From positions 1-52,310 of the forward strand of contig JANMWG010000193.1 of NCBI GenBank assembly GCA_031393885.1: 52,310 nucleotides of DNA. Direction: 5' to 3'. Below the pieces are notes generated by a model, which was not told where the DNA came from, did no database searches, and worked only from the letters and a program-made list of their open reading frames with translations. This document shows positions 35,831 to 44,482 of this stretch, piece by piece. Each line of letters opens with the position of its first letter. Within the stretch, counting starts at the first letter, position 1. This DNA comes from Betaproteobacteria bacterium. GTDB lineage: Bacteria; Pseudomonadota; Gammaproteobacteria; Burkholderiales; Ga0077523. Made by a program: the position numbers and the translations under genes.

Positions 35831-37935
35831 GCTCGACCCCGCTCGAACGTGTCCTGTACGTCGAGGACGACCCCGACATCCGCGAAGTCGCCCGGCTGGC
35901 GCTCGAAGTGGTCGGCGGCCTCACCGTCCTTGCCTGCGAATCCGGCGAAGACGCGCTGGCCCGCCTTTCCGGCTTCCGGCCCGACCTGCTCCTGCTCGAC
36001 GTGATGATGCCGGGCATGGATGGGCCGACGTTGCTCGGGCGGTTGCGCGAGACTGCCACGGGTCGTGATGTGCCGGCCATCTTCATGACCGCCAAGATGC
36101 AACCCGACGAAGTCGCCGCTCTGGAGCGCATCGGCGCCATCGGCGTGATTCCGAAGCCGTTCGATCCGATGCGGCTGACCGAGGAAGTCCGCGCCATCTG
36201 GACGGCGCACCAGGCCCGCCGTCCCGATACGGCGACCGCCGACGACCCGCGAAAGGCCACCATCGACCAGACGGTGAATCGGCTGGCGCTGCGGTTCTTC
36301 CACAAGCTTCCCGCGCGCATCGCGGAGATCGGCGAACTATGGGCGGTCCTGAAGAGTGCCGCGACCGACCGCCAGACCCTGGCCGAACTGCATCGCAAGG
36401 TGCACAGCCTGACCGGCACCGCCAGCACCTTCGGCTTTGCCGCGGTCGCCGCTGCCGCCCGATCGCTCGAACGCGCCCTGCTGCATCTCCTGGGCACCGA
36501 CGCCGTACCCGACAGCGCGCGGCTCGAGCCGGTCGAGCCGCTCTGGGCCGCGCTCGAGGCGGCAGCCATCGGTACGGCCCCCCGGTTCGATCCGGTGGAG
36601 GACGAGGCCGCCGAGATGGCCGAGATGGCCGAGCCCGCCGCGATCACGACCAACCGCTCGGCCGAGGGGCGGCGCGTGGTCTACCTGCTTGGCACCGGCA
36701 TCGATTCGCTCGAAGGACTGCGCCACCAGCTCGAAAGCCATGGCTACGACGCGCGAGCGTTCGATTCGATCGACTCGATCGAGGCGGCGACGCAGCGCCT
36801 GCCGCCCACCGCCATCGTGAGCGACGGCGACATGGTCGTGGGGCAACTCGCCGGCGCCGCCCTGGCAGCGCGCCTCGCCCAGCACCGGATCGAGCGCCCG
36901 CCCCTACTGTTCATCTCCGACCGCGGCGACCTGCGCACCCGCCTCCAGTCGGTCAATGCCGGCGCCGCTGCGTTCTTCGCCCGGCCGCTTCGGCTTGCCA
37001 GCCTGGTCGACAAACTCGACCAGGTCGGCGCCCGCTTCATCCCCGAACCGTTCCGGGTGATGATCGTCGAGGACGCCGAAGATCAGGCCGCCCTGTACGC
37101 CGCCATCTTGCGCAACGCCGGCATGCGGGTGTCGGTCATCGCCGATCCCGCCCGATTGCTCGAAGAGATCGACGACTTCCATCCGGAGCTCATCCTGATG
37201 GACATGTATCTGCCCGAATGCTCGGGCGACGACCTCGCCCGCGTGGTGCGGCAGCTCGACGCCTTCGTCGGCATCCCGATCGTGTTCCTGTCGGTCGAAG
37301 ACGATTTCGATCGACAGATCAATGCCATCGTGCGCGGCGGCGACGAGTTCCTCACCAAACCGATCAAGCCGGCACAGCTGCTGGCGGCGGTGAGCGGGCG
37401 CATTGAACGCTATCGGATCTTGCGCACGCTCATGGTCCAGGACAGCCTGACCGGCCTCAACAACCATTCACGGTTGCAGCAGCTGCTCGAAAGCGAAGTC
37501 GCCCGCGCGCTGCGCGAGGACACCCGGCTCGCGATCGCGATGATCGACATCGATCACTTCAAGAACGTCAACGACACCTACGGACATCCCACCGGCGACC
37601 GCGTGCTGCGCACGCTTGCCCGCTTTGTGCGCCAGAGCCAGCGCCAGAGCGATATCGTCGCGCGCTACGGCGGCGAGGAGTTCGCCATCGTCATGCCCAA
37701 CACCGACGAAACCGACGCCATGGCCGTGATCGACCGCCTGCGCAGCCGCTTCGCCACCCTGGTTCACGAGGGCGAAAAGGGCGAGACCTTCCAGGTGACC
37801 TTCAGCGCCGGCGTCGCGACGCTGGGCGGCCGCAACAATGCGCGCGAGCTGTTGCTCGCCGCCGACGACGCGCTCTACCGCGCGAAGGAACAGGGGCGCG
37901 ACTGCGTGGTGCTGGCCGCGTCGGACGCCGAGTAG
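35827..37935 (+). CDS. REC-HPt-REC-REC-GGDEF response regulator diguanylate cyclase
   Basis: ATGA overlap with the kinase; VEDD/LLDVMMP; HPt VHSLTG; LMDMYLP; I-site RQSD; GGEEF. Confidence 0.9.
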   Translation: MSSTPLERVLYVEDDPDIREVARLALEVVGGLTVLACESGEDALARLSGFRPDLLLLDVMMPGMDGPTLLGRLRETATGRDVPAIFMTAKMQPDEVAALERIGAIGVIPKPFDPMRLTEEVRAIWTAHQARRPDTATADDPRKATIDQTVNRLALRFFHKLPARIAEIGELWAVLKSAATDRQTLAELHRKVHSLTGTASTFGFAAVAAAARSLERALLHLLGTDAVPDSARLEPVEPLWAALEAAAIGTAPRFDPVEDEAAEMAEMAEPAAITTNRSAEGRRVVYLLGTGIDSLEGLRHQLESHGYDARAFDSIDSIEAATQRLPPTAIVSDGDMVVGQLAGAALAARLAQHRIERPPLLFISDRGDLRTRLQSVNAGAAAFFARPLRLASLVDKLDQVGARFIPEPFRVMIVEDAEDQAALYAAILRNAGMRVSVIADPARLLEEIDDFHPELILMDMYLPECSGDDLARVVRQLDAFVGIPIVFLSVEDDFDRQINAIVRGGDEFLTKPIKPAQLLAAVSGRIERYRILRTLMVQDSLTGLNNHSRLQQLLESEVARALREDTRLAIAMIDIDHFKNVNDTYGHPTGDRVLRTLARFVRQSQRQSDIVARYGGEEFAIVMPNTDETDAMAVIDRLRSRFATLVHEGEKGETFQVTFSAGVATLGGRNNARELLLAADDALYRAKEQGRDCVVLAASDAE

Positions 37936-37974
37936 CAGCCTGCGATCGAACACCTGACCCCGACAGCCTGGGAG

Positions 37975-38244
37975 TGCTGAACGAAGGGACTTAAGAAACG
38001 AAGGGGCAGCGCCCACAGGGTGCCAGCGGCCGGAGGCCGCTGTCGTTCGGCAGGCACAGACAGTCCGCAGGGACTGTCCGTGTCCGGCCTCACCCCCGAG
38101 GACGCTGCGCCCCCTTGGGGGAAGGCGAAGCGCAGCGCAGCCTGGGGGTGGACGTCACCTGTCCCTCGAGGGGGAAGGCGAAGCGAAGCGCAGCCTGGGG
38201 GTGGTCGTCAACTCGGCGCAGCGCAGCCTGGGGGTGGGCGTCAC
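37975..38244 (-). repeat. Three stacked repeat copies (two truncated, one full-length with module 38022-38089)
   Basis: Three (G/T)TGACGNCCACCCCCAGGCTGCGCT starts on the minus strand, the first 2 nt after a TAA. Confidence 0.88.
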
Positions 38245-38246
38245 CT

Positions 38247-38966
38247 TTAGAACCGAAAGCCGACCTTGCCGCCGAAGGTATTGGCGCTGCCGGTGCGATC
38301 GGCCTCGACCGCCACGTTGAGCAGCCCGAAGTTCACGTTCAGGCCGACGAACACGCGGTTCAGCCCGAACGATTCGCTCGCCAGACTGCCGACGCCGCGC
38401 GCCGAGCTGCTGACCCAGGTGCGCCCCACGCCGCCATAAGGCGTGAAGATCAGGAAGCCCTTCGAGATCAACAGGTCGAGACCCTTGCTGTCGAAATCGA
38501 GCTGATCCACGCCGGTGACCTTGCTGTAGCTGCCGCGCAAGCCGATCGCTGGCAGCACGGTGTTGCCCGCGATGAACGAATAGCGCAGCTCCCCACCCCA
38601 GGAGCGGATCGACGTACCGGGCACCGTGGACAGCGCAACCCCCACATCGAACCCGAAGGGCAGCCCCTTGTTGAGCCGCAGGCTGGGCACGGTGAGTGAA
38701 GAGAACGAATCGCTACCCGAGCTCGCCTTGTCGAGAATCGCGGAATTCTTCAGCGAGGTATTGGTGACCGCCACGCCGACATCGAAGCCGCTCAGGCCCT
38801 GAGGCTCGGTCGGGATCAGCGCCTTGTACGACAAGGCGGCACCCAGGTCTTCGGACAACAGCCGGAACTCGCTCTGGTTGAGCAACTGGAGCCGGTCGAG
38901 TTCGCCGGCGCCGGCCGGCAACACCACGGACGCCAGCAACGTCACACCCACCCTTGCAAGCCTCAT
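38247..38966 (-). CDS. Putative outer membrane beta-barrel protein
   Basis: Signal peptide, amphipathic strands, C-terminal GKVGFRF. Confidence 0.75.
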   Translation of the reverse strand: MRLARVGVTLLASVVLPAGAGELDRLQLLNQSEFRLLSEDLGAALSYKALIPTEPQGLSGFDVGVAVTNTSLKNSAILDKASSGSDSFSSLTVPSLRLNKGLPFGFDVGVALSTVPGTSIRSWGGELRYSFIAGNTVLPAIGLRGSYSKVTGVDQLDFDSKGLDLLISKGFLIFTPYGGVGRTWVSSSARGVGSLASESFGLNRVFVGLNVNFGLLNVAVEADRTGSANTFGGKVGFRF

Positions 38967-39100
38967 CCGGCCTCCCTGGCGCTGGACATGAATCGGATGC
39001 TCGCGGGCACGCGGCGAGCCCTCCGAGAATCTAGCACAGCCCCGATTGGACGCGGTTCGTCATTGCGTCGCGCCGCGCGATGCGCCGACAATCGCGCCCC

Positions 39101-39763
39101 ATGAGAGTGCTGCTGGTCGAGGACGACCGGATGATCGGAGAAAGCGTCGAGGCCGGATTGCGGCAGGAAGGGTGCGCCGTCGACTGGACGCGCGACGGCG
39201 TCGCCGCGTCGCTGGCGCTGCGCGCCGACGCCTACGACATCGTGCTGCTCGATCTGGGCCTGCCGCGCAAGGGCGGGATGGAGGTGCTCACCGAGCTGCG
39301 CGCACGCCACTCGGGCACCCCGGTGCTCATCATGACCGCGCGCGATGCCGTTCCCGACCGGATCCGCGGGCTCGACGCCGGCGCCGACGACTATCTGGTC
39401 AAACCTTTCGACCTCGATGAGCTGATGGCCCGCATTCGCGCTGTGCTGCGGCGGGCAGCCGGGCGCGCCGAACCGCGCCTCGAGCACCTGGGCGTTGTAC
39501 TCGACCCGGCAACAAGGCAGGTCACCCGTGACGGACAGCCTGTCGCCCTTTCGGCGCGCGAGACGGCGGTGCTCGCCGCGTTGCTCGAACGCCCCGGCGC
39601 GATCCTCTCGCGCGACCAGATCGAAGCCAAGATCTACGGCTGGGGCGAGGAGGTCGAGAGCAACGCGATCGAAGTCTACGTCCACGGACTGCGGCGCAAG
39701 CTCGGCACCGGCTTCATCCAGACCGTCCGCGGTCTGGGCTATACGCTGAGCCCTGCTCGCTGA
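39101..39763 (+). CDS. OmpR-family response regulator (QseB/PmrA-like)
   Basis: LLVEDD, LLDLGLP, GADDYLVKPF, ESNAIEVYVHGLRRKLG, TVRGLGY. Confidence 0.92.
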   Translation: MRVLLVEDDRMIGESVEAGLRQEGCAVDWTRDGVAASLALRADAYDIVLLDLGLPRKGGMEVLTELRARHSGTPVLIMTARDAVPDRIRGLDAGADDYLVKPFDLDELMARIRAVLRRAAGRAEPRLEHLGVVLDPATRQVTRDGQPVALSARETAVLAALLERPGAILSRDQIEAKIYGWGEEVESNAIEVYVHGLRRKLGTGFIQTVRGLGYTLSPAR

Positions 39764-41091
39764 TGGGTTCGATCCGAAAACGCCTGCTGGTTGCCCTGCT
39801 CGCCGCGGTCGCGATCGCCGCGATCGCGGGGTCGTGGCTCATCTACCGCAATGCGCTCGCCGAGGCCGACAGCTTCTTCGACGACGAACTGCGGCAGATC
39901 GCGATGTCGCTGCGCGACCAGGACTTCGGTTATGCCGTGCCGGAAGCCCTGCGCGAAGCCCGGGTCCGGTACGACTTCGTGGTGCAGGTGTGGAGCATCG
40001 AGGGGCGCCGCATCTACCTCTCGCAGCCGCACCCGACCTTGCCGGGCCTGGGGCGCTTGGGCTATGCCAGCACGCCCACGCCGGAGGGCAACTGGCGCAC
40101 CTTCACGGTGCAGATGCGCGGCCAGGTGATCCAGGTGTCGCAGCCGGAGAAGGTGCGCTCGCGCCTGGCCACCAGCCTCGCGTTCCGTACCCTGTCGCCT
40201 TTCATGCTGGTGATGCCGTTGCTGGGCATTGCGGCGTCATTGATCACGGCCTGGGGCCTGCGCCCGCTCGAAGACGTGACCCGCGCCATCGGCAAGCGCG
40301 ATCCGCAGGCGCTCGCGCCGCTGCCCGCGGCCGGGCACCCGGCCGAGATCCAGCCGCTGGTGGCCTCGCTCAACGCACTGCTCGAACGCCTCGGCGCCGC
40401 GCTCAATGCCCAGCGCAGTTTCGTTGCCGACGCCGCGCACGAGCTGCGCACGCCGCTCACCGCTCTCAAGCTGCAGCTCCAGCTTGCGCAACGCGCCCCG
40501 ACCGACGCCGACCGTGAGGCCGCGTTCGAGCGACTCGCCGCCGGCATCCAGCGCGCGGCGCGCCTGGTGGAGCAACTGCTGACGCTAGCCCGCCAGGAGC
40601 CCGAAGCCATGGCGCCGCGATTCGCCACGGTCGACCTCACCGAACTCGCGCGCAGCGTCGTCACCGACCTGCACAACGTCGCCGCCGAACGCCAACTCGA
40701 TCTGGGCATCGCCGCGGCCGCCCCGGTAACTATCCGGGGCGATGCCGATGGCCTGCGCATCCTGCTCGCCAATCTGGTCGACAACGCGATCCACTACACG
40801 CCCCCGGGCGGCATGATCGACGTGGCCGTCCACCAGGGCGCCGACGGCGCGGCGTGCCTGCGGGTGACCGACGCCGGCCCCGGCATTCCGGCCGAAGACC
40901 GCGAACGCGTGTTCCGGCGCTTCTACCGCGCGCCCGGCACCGGCACCGACGGCAGCGGCCTCGGGCTGGCCATCGTCAAGCGGATTGCCGATCTGCATGG
41001 GGCGCACGTGGATCTTGACGACAACCCCACGGGGTCAGGTCTTGCAGTAACGGTCACTTTCGCCGGCAGCGGCGCCGACGGGATCTCATGA
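39763..41091 (+). CDS. Sensor histidine kinase (QseC/PmrB-like)
   Basis: SIRKRLL, FDDELRQIA, HAMP region, FVADAAHELRTPL, NLVDNA, GSGLGL. Confidence 0.92.
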   Translation: MGSIRKRLLVALLAAVAIAAIAGSWLIYRNALAEADSFFDDELRQIAMSLRDQDFGYAVPEALREARVRYDFVVQVWSIEGRRIYLSQPHPTLPGLGRLGYASTPTPEGNWRTFTVQMRGQVIQVSQPEKVRSRLATSLAFRTLSPFMLVMPLLGIAASLITAWGLRPLEDVTRAIGKRDPQALAPLPAAGHPAEIQPLVASLNALLERLGAALNAQRSFVADAAHELRTPLTALKLQLQLAQRAPTDADREAAFERLAAGIQRAARLVEQLLTLARQEPEAMAPRFATVDLTELARSVVTDLHNVAAERQLDLGIAAAAPVTIRGDADGLRILLANLVDNAIHYTPPGGMIDVAVHQGADGAACLRVTDAGPGIPAEDRERVFRRFYRAPGTGTDGSGLGLAIVKRIADLHGAHVDLDDNPTGSGLAVTVTFAGSGADGIS

Positions 41092-41159
41092 TCGCCTGCT
41101 CGGCCTGCCCGCAGAACATGTTGGCCATCGACGGCGTGGGCTGTACGCCGACCGAAGCG

Positions 41160-41290
41160 CCACCGACTTTCCCGCGGTCTCGAGCAGAACCGGCTTGAAC
41201 TTGTCGATCATGTCGGGCGTTATGCCGAGCTTGGCGAAGGCTGACTTCAGCCCCGCCGTGAGTACACTTCCGTATCGGTCGCCGGCTTGC
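41160..41290 (-). pseudogene. Remnant resembling a DUF2780 C-terminus
   Basis: LKSAFAKLGITPDMIDKFKPVLLE with no matching N-terminus; family name from recall. Confidence 0.45.
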
Positions 41291-41343
41291 ACGTCACCAG
41301 CGCCAGATGGGCACGGGGAAACTCGCCGCACGAACACTTTGCG

Positions 41344-41934
41344 TCAGCGCATGAACCCATCGAGGCGATGCATCGCTTTCGCCAGGCTCGGCGCACGGGC
41401 CGCCGCGCGAAAAGGATCCCAGCGATTCAGCACAAAATCGCACCGGCGAGCGTTGTACTTCGGTCCGACATTCGCCCTCGAACCTGGCGCCGGCGCGATC
41501 TCCGCCGCGAGACGGCGGCTACGACTGCGGCGCGCCAGATTCACCAACTCGCGCTTTGGGTGTTCAAGATCTTCGGGGCGTGCCGGCACCTTCACCTGCG
41601 CCACGAGCAACTCTGCGGCCAACCCGACAGCGTCAGCGATAAGCCACGCTTCGACAGTGCGCACCACCACCCTGAACAGCAATGACGCCGGCCGAACCTC
41701 GAGCCCCCCTGTTTTCAGGAGCGTCGGCGCGCAGGCTGTTCGATCAAGATCGACCAGCACCACGTGAGGCAACACATGGCACGCGTTACGATAAACCGGG
41801 ATTTTGAGTCGTATGGCGTCAACGCCACCCGTCACGATCGGGGCGTAGATTCGAAAACCCCTGCCAGATGCCGATAGCAAGCGTCGCATGACCGCCATGC
41901 TCAACTCATCTTCGGCGACCAGCATCAAATCCAT
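41344..41934 (-). CDS. TOPRIM-like nuclease (DUF4276/RloB-like)
   Basis: VAED, VDLD (DxD), VEAWLIAD, APSL; lies downstream of an ABC/AAA ATPase. Confidence 0.7.
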   Translation of the reverse strand: MDLMLVAEDELSMAVMRRLLSASGRGFRIYAPIVTGGVDAIRLKIPVYRNACHVLPHVVLVDLDRTACAPTLLKTGGLEVRPASLLFRVVVRTVEAWLIADAVGLAAELLVAQVKVPARPEDLEHPKRELVNLARRSRSRRLAAEIAPAPGSRANVGPKYNARRCDFVLNRWDPFRAAARAPSLAKAMHRLDGFMR

Positions 41935-41947
41935 CGACAAACCGTGC

Positions 41948-42655
41948 TCAGAGCAGCAATGACAACTGCTCGACGCTATTCGGCTTTACCTTACTCAATA
42001 CGACCTCGGCAACCGAATAGCCGGCTTCGACCAGGGCTAACTCCTGCTCGGTGGCCCCCAGTACCCGGGTGCCGTCTTTCGAGGGCTCGAGCCGCAACAC
42101 CTCGCGCGGGTCTATGCTCTTGTCCGACAACATCGCCTCGCTGTGGGTGGTGATGAAAACCTGTCGGCGGTGCTTCGCCTTGCGCTGCAGATCCCAGATG
42201 AGCGGCGGTATCCGGCGCACGATATCCTCGTTCAGCGATAACGCCGGCTCTTCCAGCAAGAGCAACGAGTCGCCGTCGAGCAGGCTCCACATGATGCCAA
42301 GCAACCGCAGCGTCCCGTCGGAGAACTGTTCTTCACGCTGCCAACCGGCATCCGGCCGCCAGTGTTCGTACATCGCCTCCAGATGCGGACGGCCCGTAGC
42401 CACATCACGACGGAACTTGAGGTCGCGCATGTTGGGAACGCAGGCACGGAGAGCCGCTTCGATTTTCTTCAGTCGTGATTCGCGGGTCCGATCCGGCGTG
42501 TTGGCGATGCGCTCCAGGAACGACTGACCGAACGGATCGCCATCGAGCCGAGCCGCGCCGACGATCTCGCTGTACTTGAGCAGTTGCGGCACCAGATGCA
42601 AGTAAGTGAGCGTCGAAAAAAATTGGCAAGGCGCGCCGGGTTTGTATGCCGGCAC
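41948..42655 (-). pseudogene. 5'-truncated ABC/AAA_21-type ATPase
   Basis: Signature FSDGTLR, Walker B LLLEEP and H-loop ITTHS are present; no Walker A is present in or upstream of the ORF. Confidence 0.75.
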
Positions 42656-42851
42656 CGGATCAACCAGTCCCTTGCAGGGAAACGGCTTGGCTCACGATGC
42701 GCTCCGGAGCCAGTCAGCCTCGACTCCACGCCATCGCGGACCGGACCTGCTCAGCGGCTTTCCTGCATCACGGTGCCATCCCGTCACTGTGTAAACTGCA
42801 AACGCGTTAGCGGTACTGCGCCCACGTTCCTTCTACACAGGCAATCGATCG

Positions 42852-44381
42852 ATGCACAGCACGTTCAGGCAGTTGCTTTCCACGGGCGCCGACACCGCCA
42901 TTGCGATCTCGGCACCCGGCCGCACCGCCTTGTCGTATCGCGAGCTGCGGGCGCAGGTCGACAACACGCTCGCCAGCCTCAACACGCTGGGCGTCGGGCG
43001 CAACGACCGCGTGGCCATCGTGCTGGCCAACGGTCCGGAGATGGCCGTGTGCTACATGGCCTGCGCATCCGGCACCACCAGCGCACCGCTGAATCCGGCC
43101 TATCGCGCCGATGAATTCGAGTTCTATCTGTCCGATCTGAACGCGAAGGTGCTGATCGTCGAGCGCGACAGCGCCTCTCCCGCCATCGAGGTGGCGCGCA
43201 AACTCGGGGTGCGGGTGGTGGACCTGCTGGTGGCGGACGGCGCGCTCGCGGGCAGCTTCACCCTGGTGCCGCGCGACGGCAACGCCACGACGCCTGCCGC
43301 CACGCCGTCCGGCGGCTACGGCGAGCCCGGTGACATCGGCATGGTGTTGCACACCTCAGGCACCACCTCGCGACCAAAGATCGTGCCGCTGTCGGTGCGC
43401 AACCTGTGCGCCTCGGCCGCCAACATCGGCCACACGTTGCAGTTCACCGCTGCCGACATCGGCCTGAACATCATGCCGCTGTTCCACATTCACGGCCTGA
43501 TCGCGGGCGTGCTGGCGCCGCTGTCGGCGGGCTCGCAGGTGTTCTGCACGCCGGGCTTCAACGCGCTCAAGTTCTTCGCCTGGATGGACGAGGCGAAACC
43601 CACCTGGTACACGGCCGTGCCCACCATGCATCAGGCCATCGTCGGCCGTGCCAAGGGCAATGCCGAGGTGATCCGGCGCAACCCGCTGCGCTTCCTGCGC
43701 TCGTCGTCGTCGTCGATGCCGCCGCAGGTGATCCGCGACGTCGAAGAGGTGTTCGGCTCGCCGCTGATCGAGGCCTACGGCATGACCGAAGCCACGCACC
43801 AGATGGCGTCGAACCCGTTGCCGCCGAAGGCGCGCAAGCCCGGCACCGTGGGCCTGTCCGCGGGCCCCGAGGTGGCGATCATGGGCACCGACGGCGCGCT
43901 GCTCGGCGCCGGCGCCGTGGGCGAGATCGTGATCCGCGGCCCCAACGTCACCTCGGGCTACGAGAATAATCCGAAAGCCAACGAAGAAGGCTTTCTGAGC
44001 GGCTGGTTCCGCACCGGCGACCAGGGCACGCGCGACGCCGACGGCTACATCAGCATCACCGGCCGCCTGAAGGAGATCATCAATCGCGGCGGCGAAAAAG
44101 TCAGTCCGCGCGAAATCGACGAGATCCTGATGGATCACCCGGCCGTGGCCCAGGTGGTGTGCTTCGGCATGCCGCACCCCAAGCTGGGCGAGGAAGTCGC
44201 CGCGGTGGTGGTGCTGAAGGAAGGCATCGTCGCCACCGATCGCGAGCTGCAGGCGTTCGTCTCGACCCGTGCGGCCGACCACAAGGTGCCGAAGAAGATC
44301 CTGTTCATGGATGAAATCCCCAAGGGCGCCACCGGCAAGCTGCAACGCATCGGCCTCGCGCAGAAGCTGGGATTAGGATGA
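42852..44381 (+). CDS. Oxalate-CoA ligase-like acyl-CoA synthetase (AAE3/Pcs60/Oxs type)
   Basis: LHTSGTTSRPKIVPL, PLFHIHGL, TWYTAVPTMHQ, EAYGMTEATHQMASNPL, GKLQR. Confidence 0.85.
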   Translation: MHSTFRQLLSTGADTAIAISAPGRTALSYRELRAQVDNTLASLNTLGVGRNDRVAIVLANGPEMAVCYMACASGTTSAPLNPAYRADEFEFYLSDLNAKVLIVERDSASPAIEVARKLGVRVVDLLVADGALAGSFTLVPRDGNATTPAATPSGGYGEPGDIGMVLHTSGTTSRPKIVPLSVRNLCASAANIGHTLQFTAADIGLNIMPLFHIHGLIAGVLAPLSAGSQVFCTPGFNALKFFAWMDEAKPTWYTAVPTMHQAIVGRAKGNAEVIRRNPLRFLRSSSSSMPPQVIRDVEEVFGSPLIEAYGMTEATHQMASNPLPPKARKPGTVGLSAGPEVAIMGTDGALLGAGAVGEIVIRGPNVTSGYENNPKANEEGFLSGWFRTGDQGTRDADGYISITGRLKEIINRGGEKVSPREIDEILMDHPAVAQVVCFGMPHPKLGEEVAAVVVLKEGIVATDRELQAFVSTRAADHKVPKKILFMDEIPKGATGKLQRIGLAQKLGLG

Positions 44382-44482
44382 GCCTCCCCCCCAAGCTCTC
44401 GACGTTCGCTACCCCCCCAGGGGGGCCCGACGCCCTTGGGGCGGCCCGGCGGGCGCCGGCGCACGGGCAAGTTGCATCGTGA
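44378..44482 (+). repeat. Stop-anchored repeat forming a 34-aa bridging mini-ORF
   Basis: Reads MSLPPKLSTFATPPGGPDALGAARRAPAHGQVAS*; ATGA overlaps the ligase stop and GTGA overlaps the panE start. Confidence 0.8.

Noticed and set aside
37975-38244. Possible CRISPR array
   Set aside because: Units are of unequal length, have no unique spacers, match dispersed repeats elsewhere in the window, and no cas genes are present.
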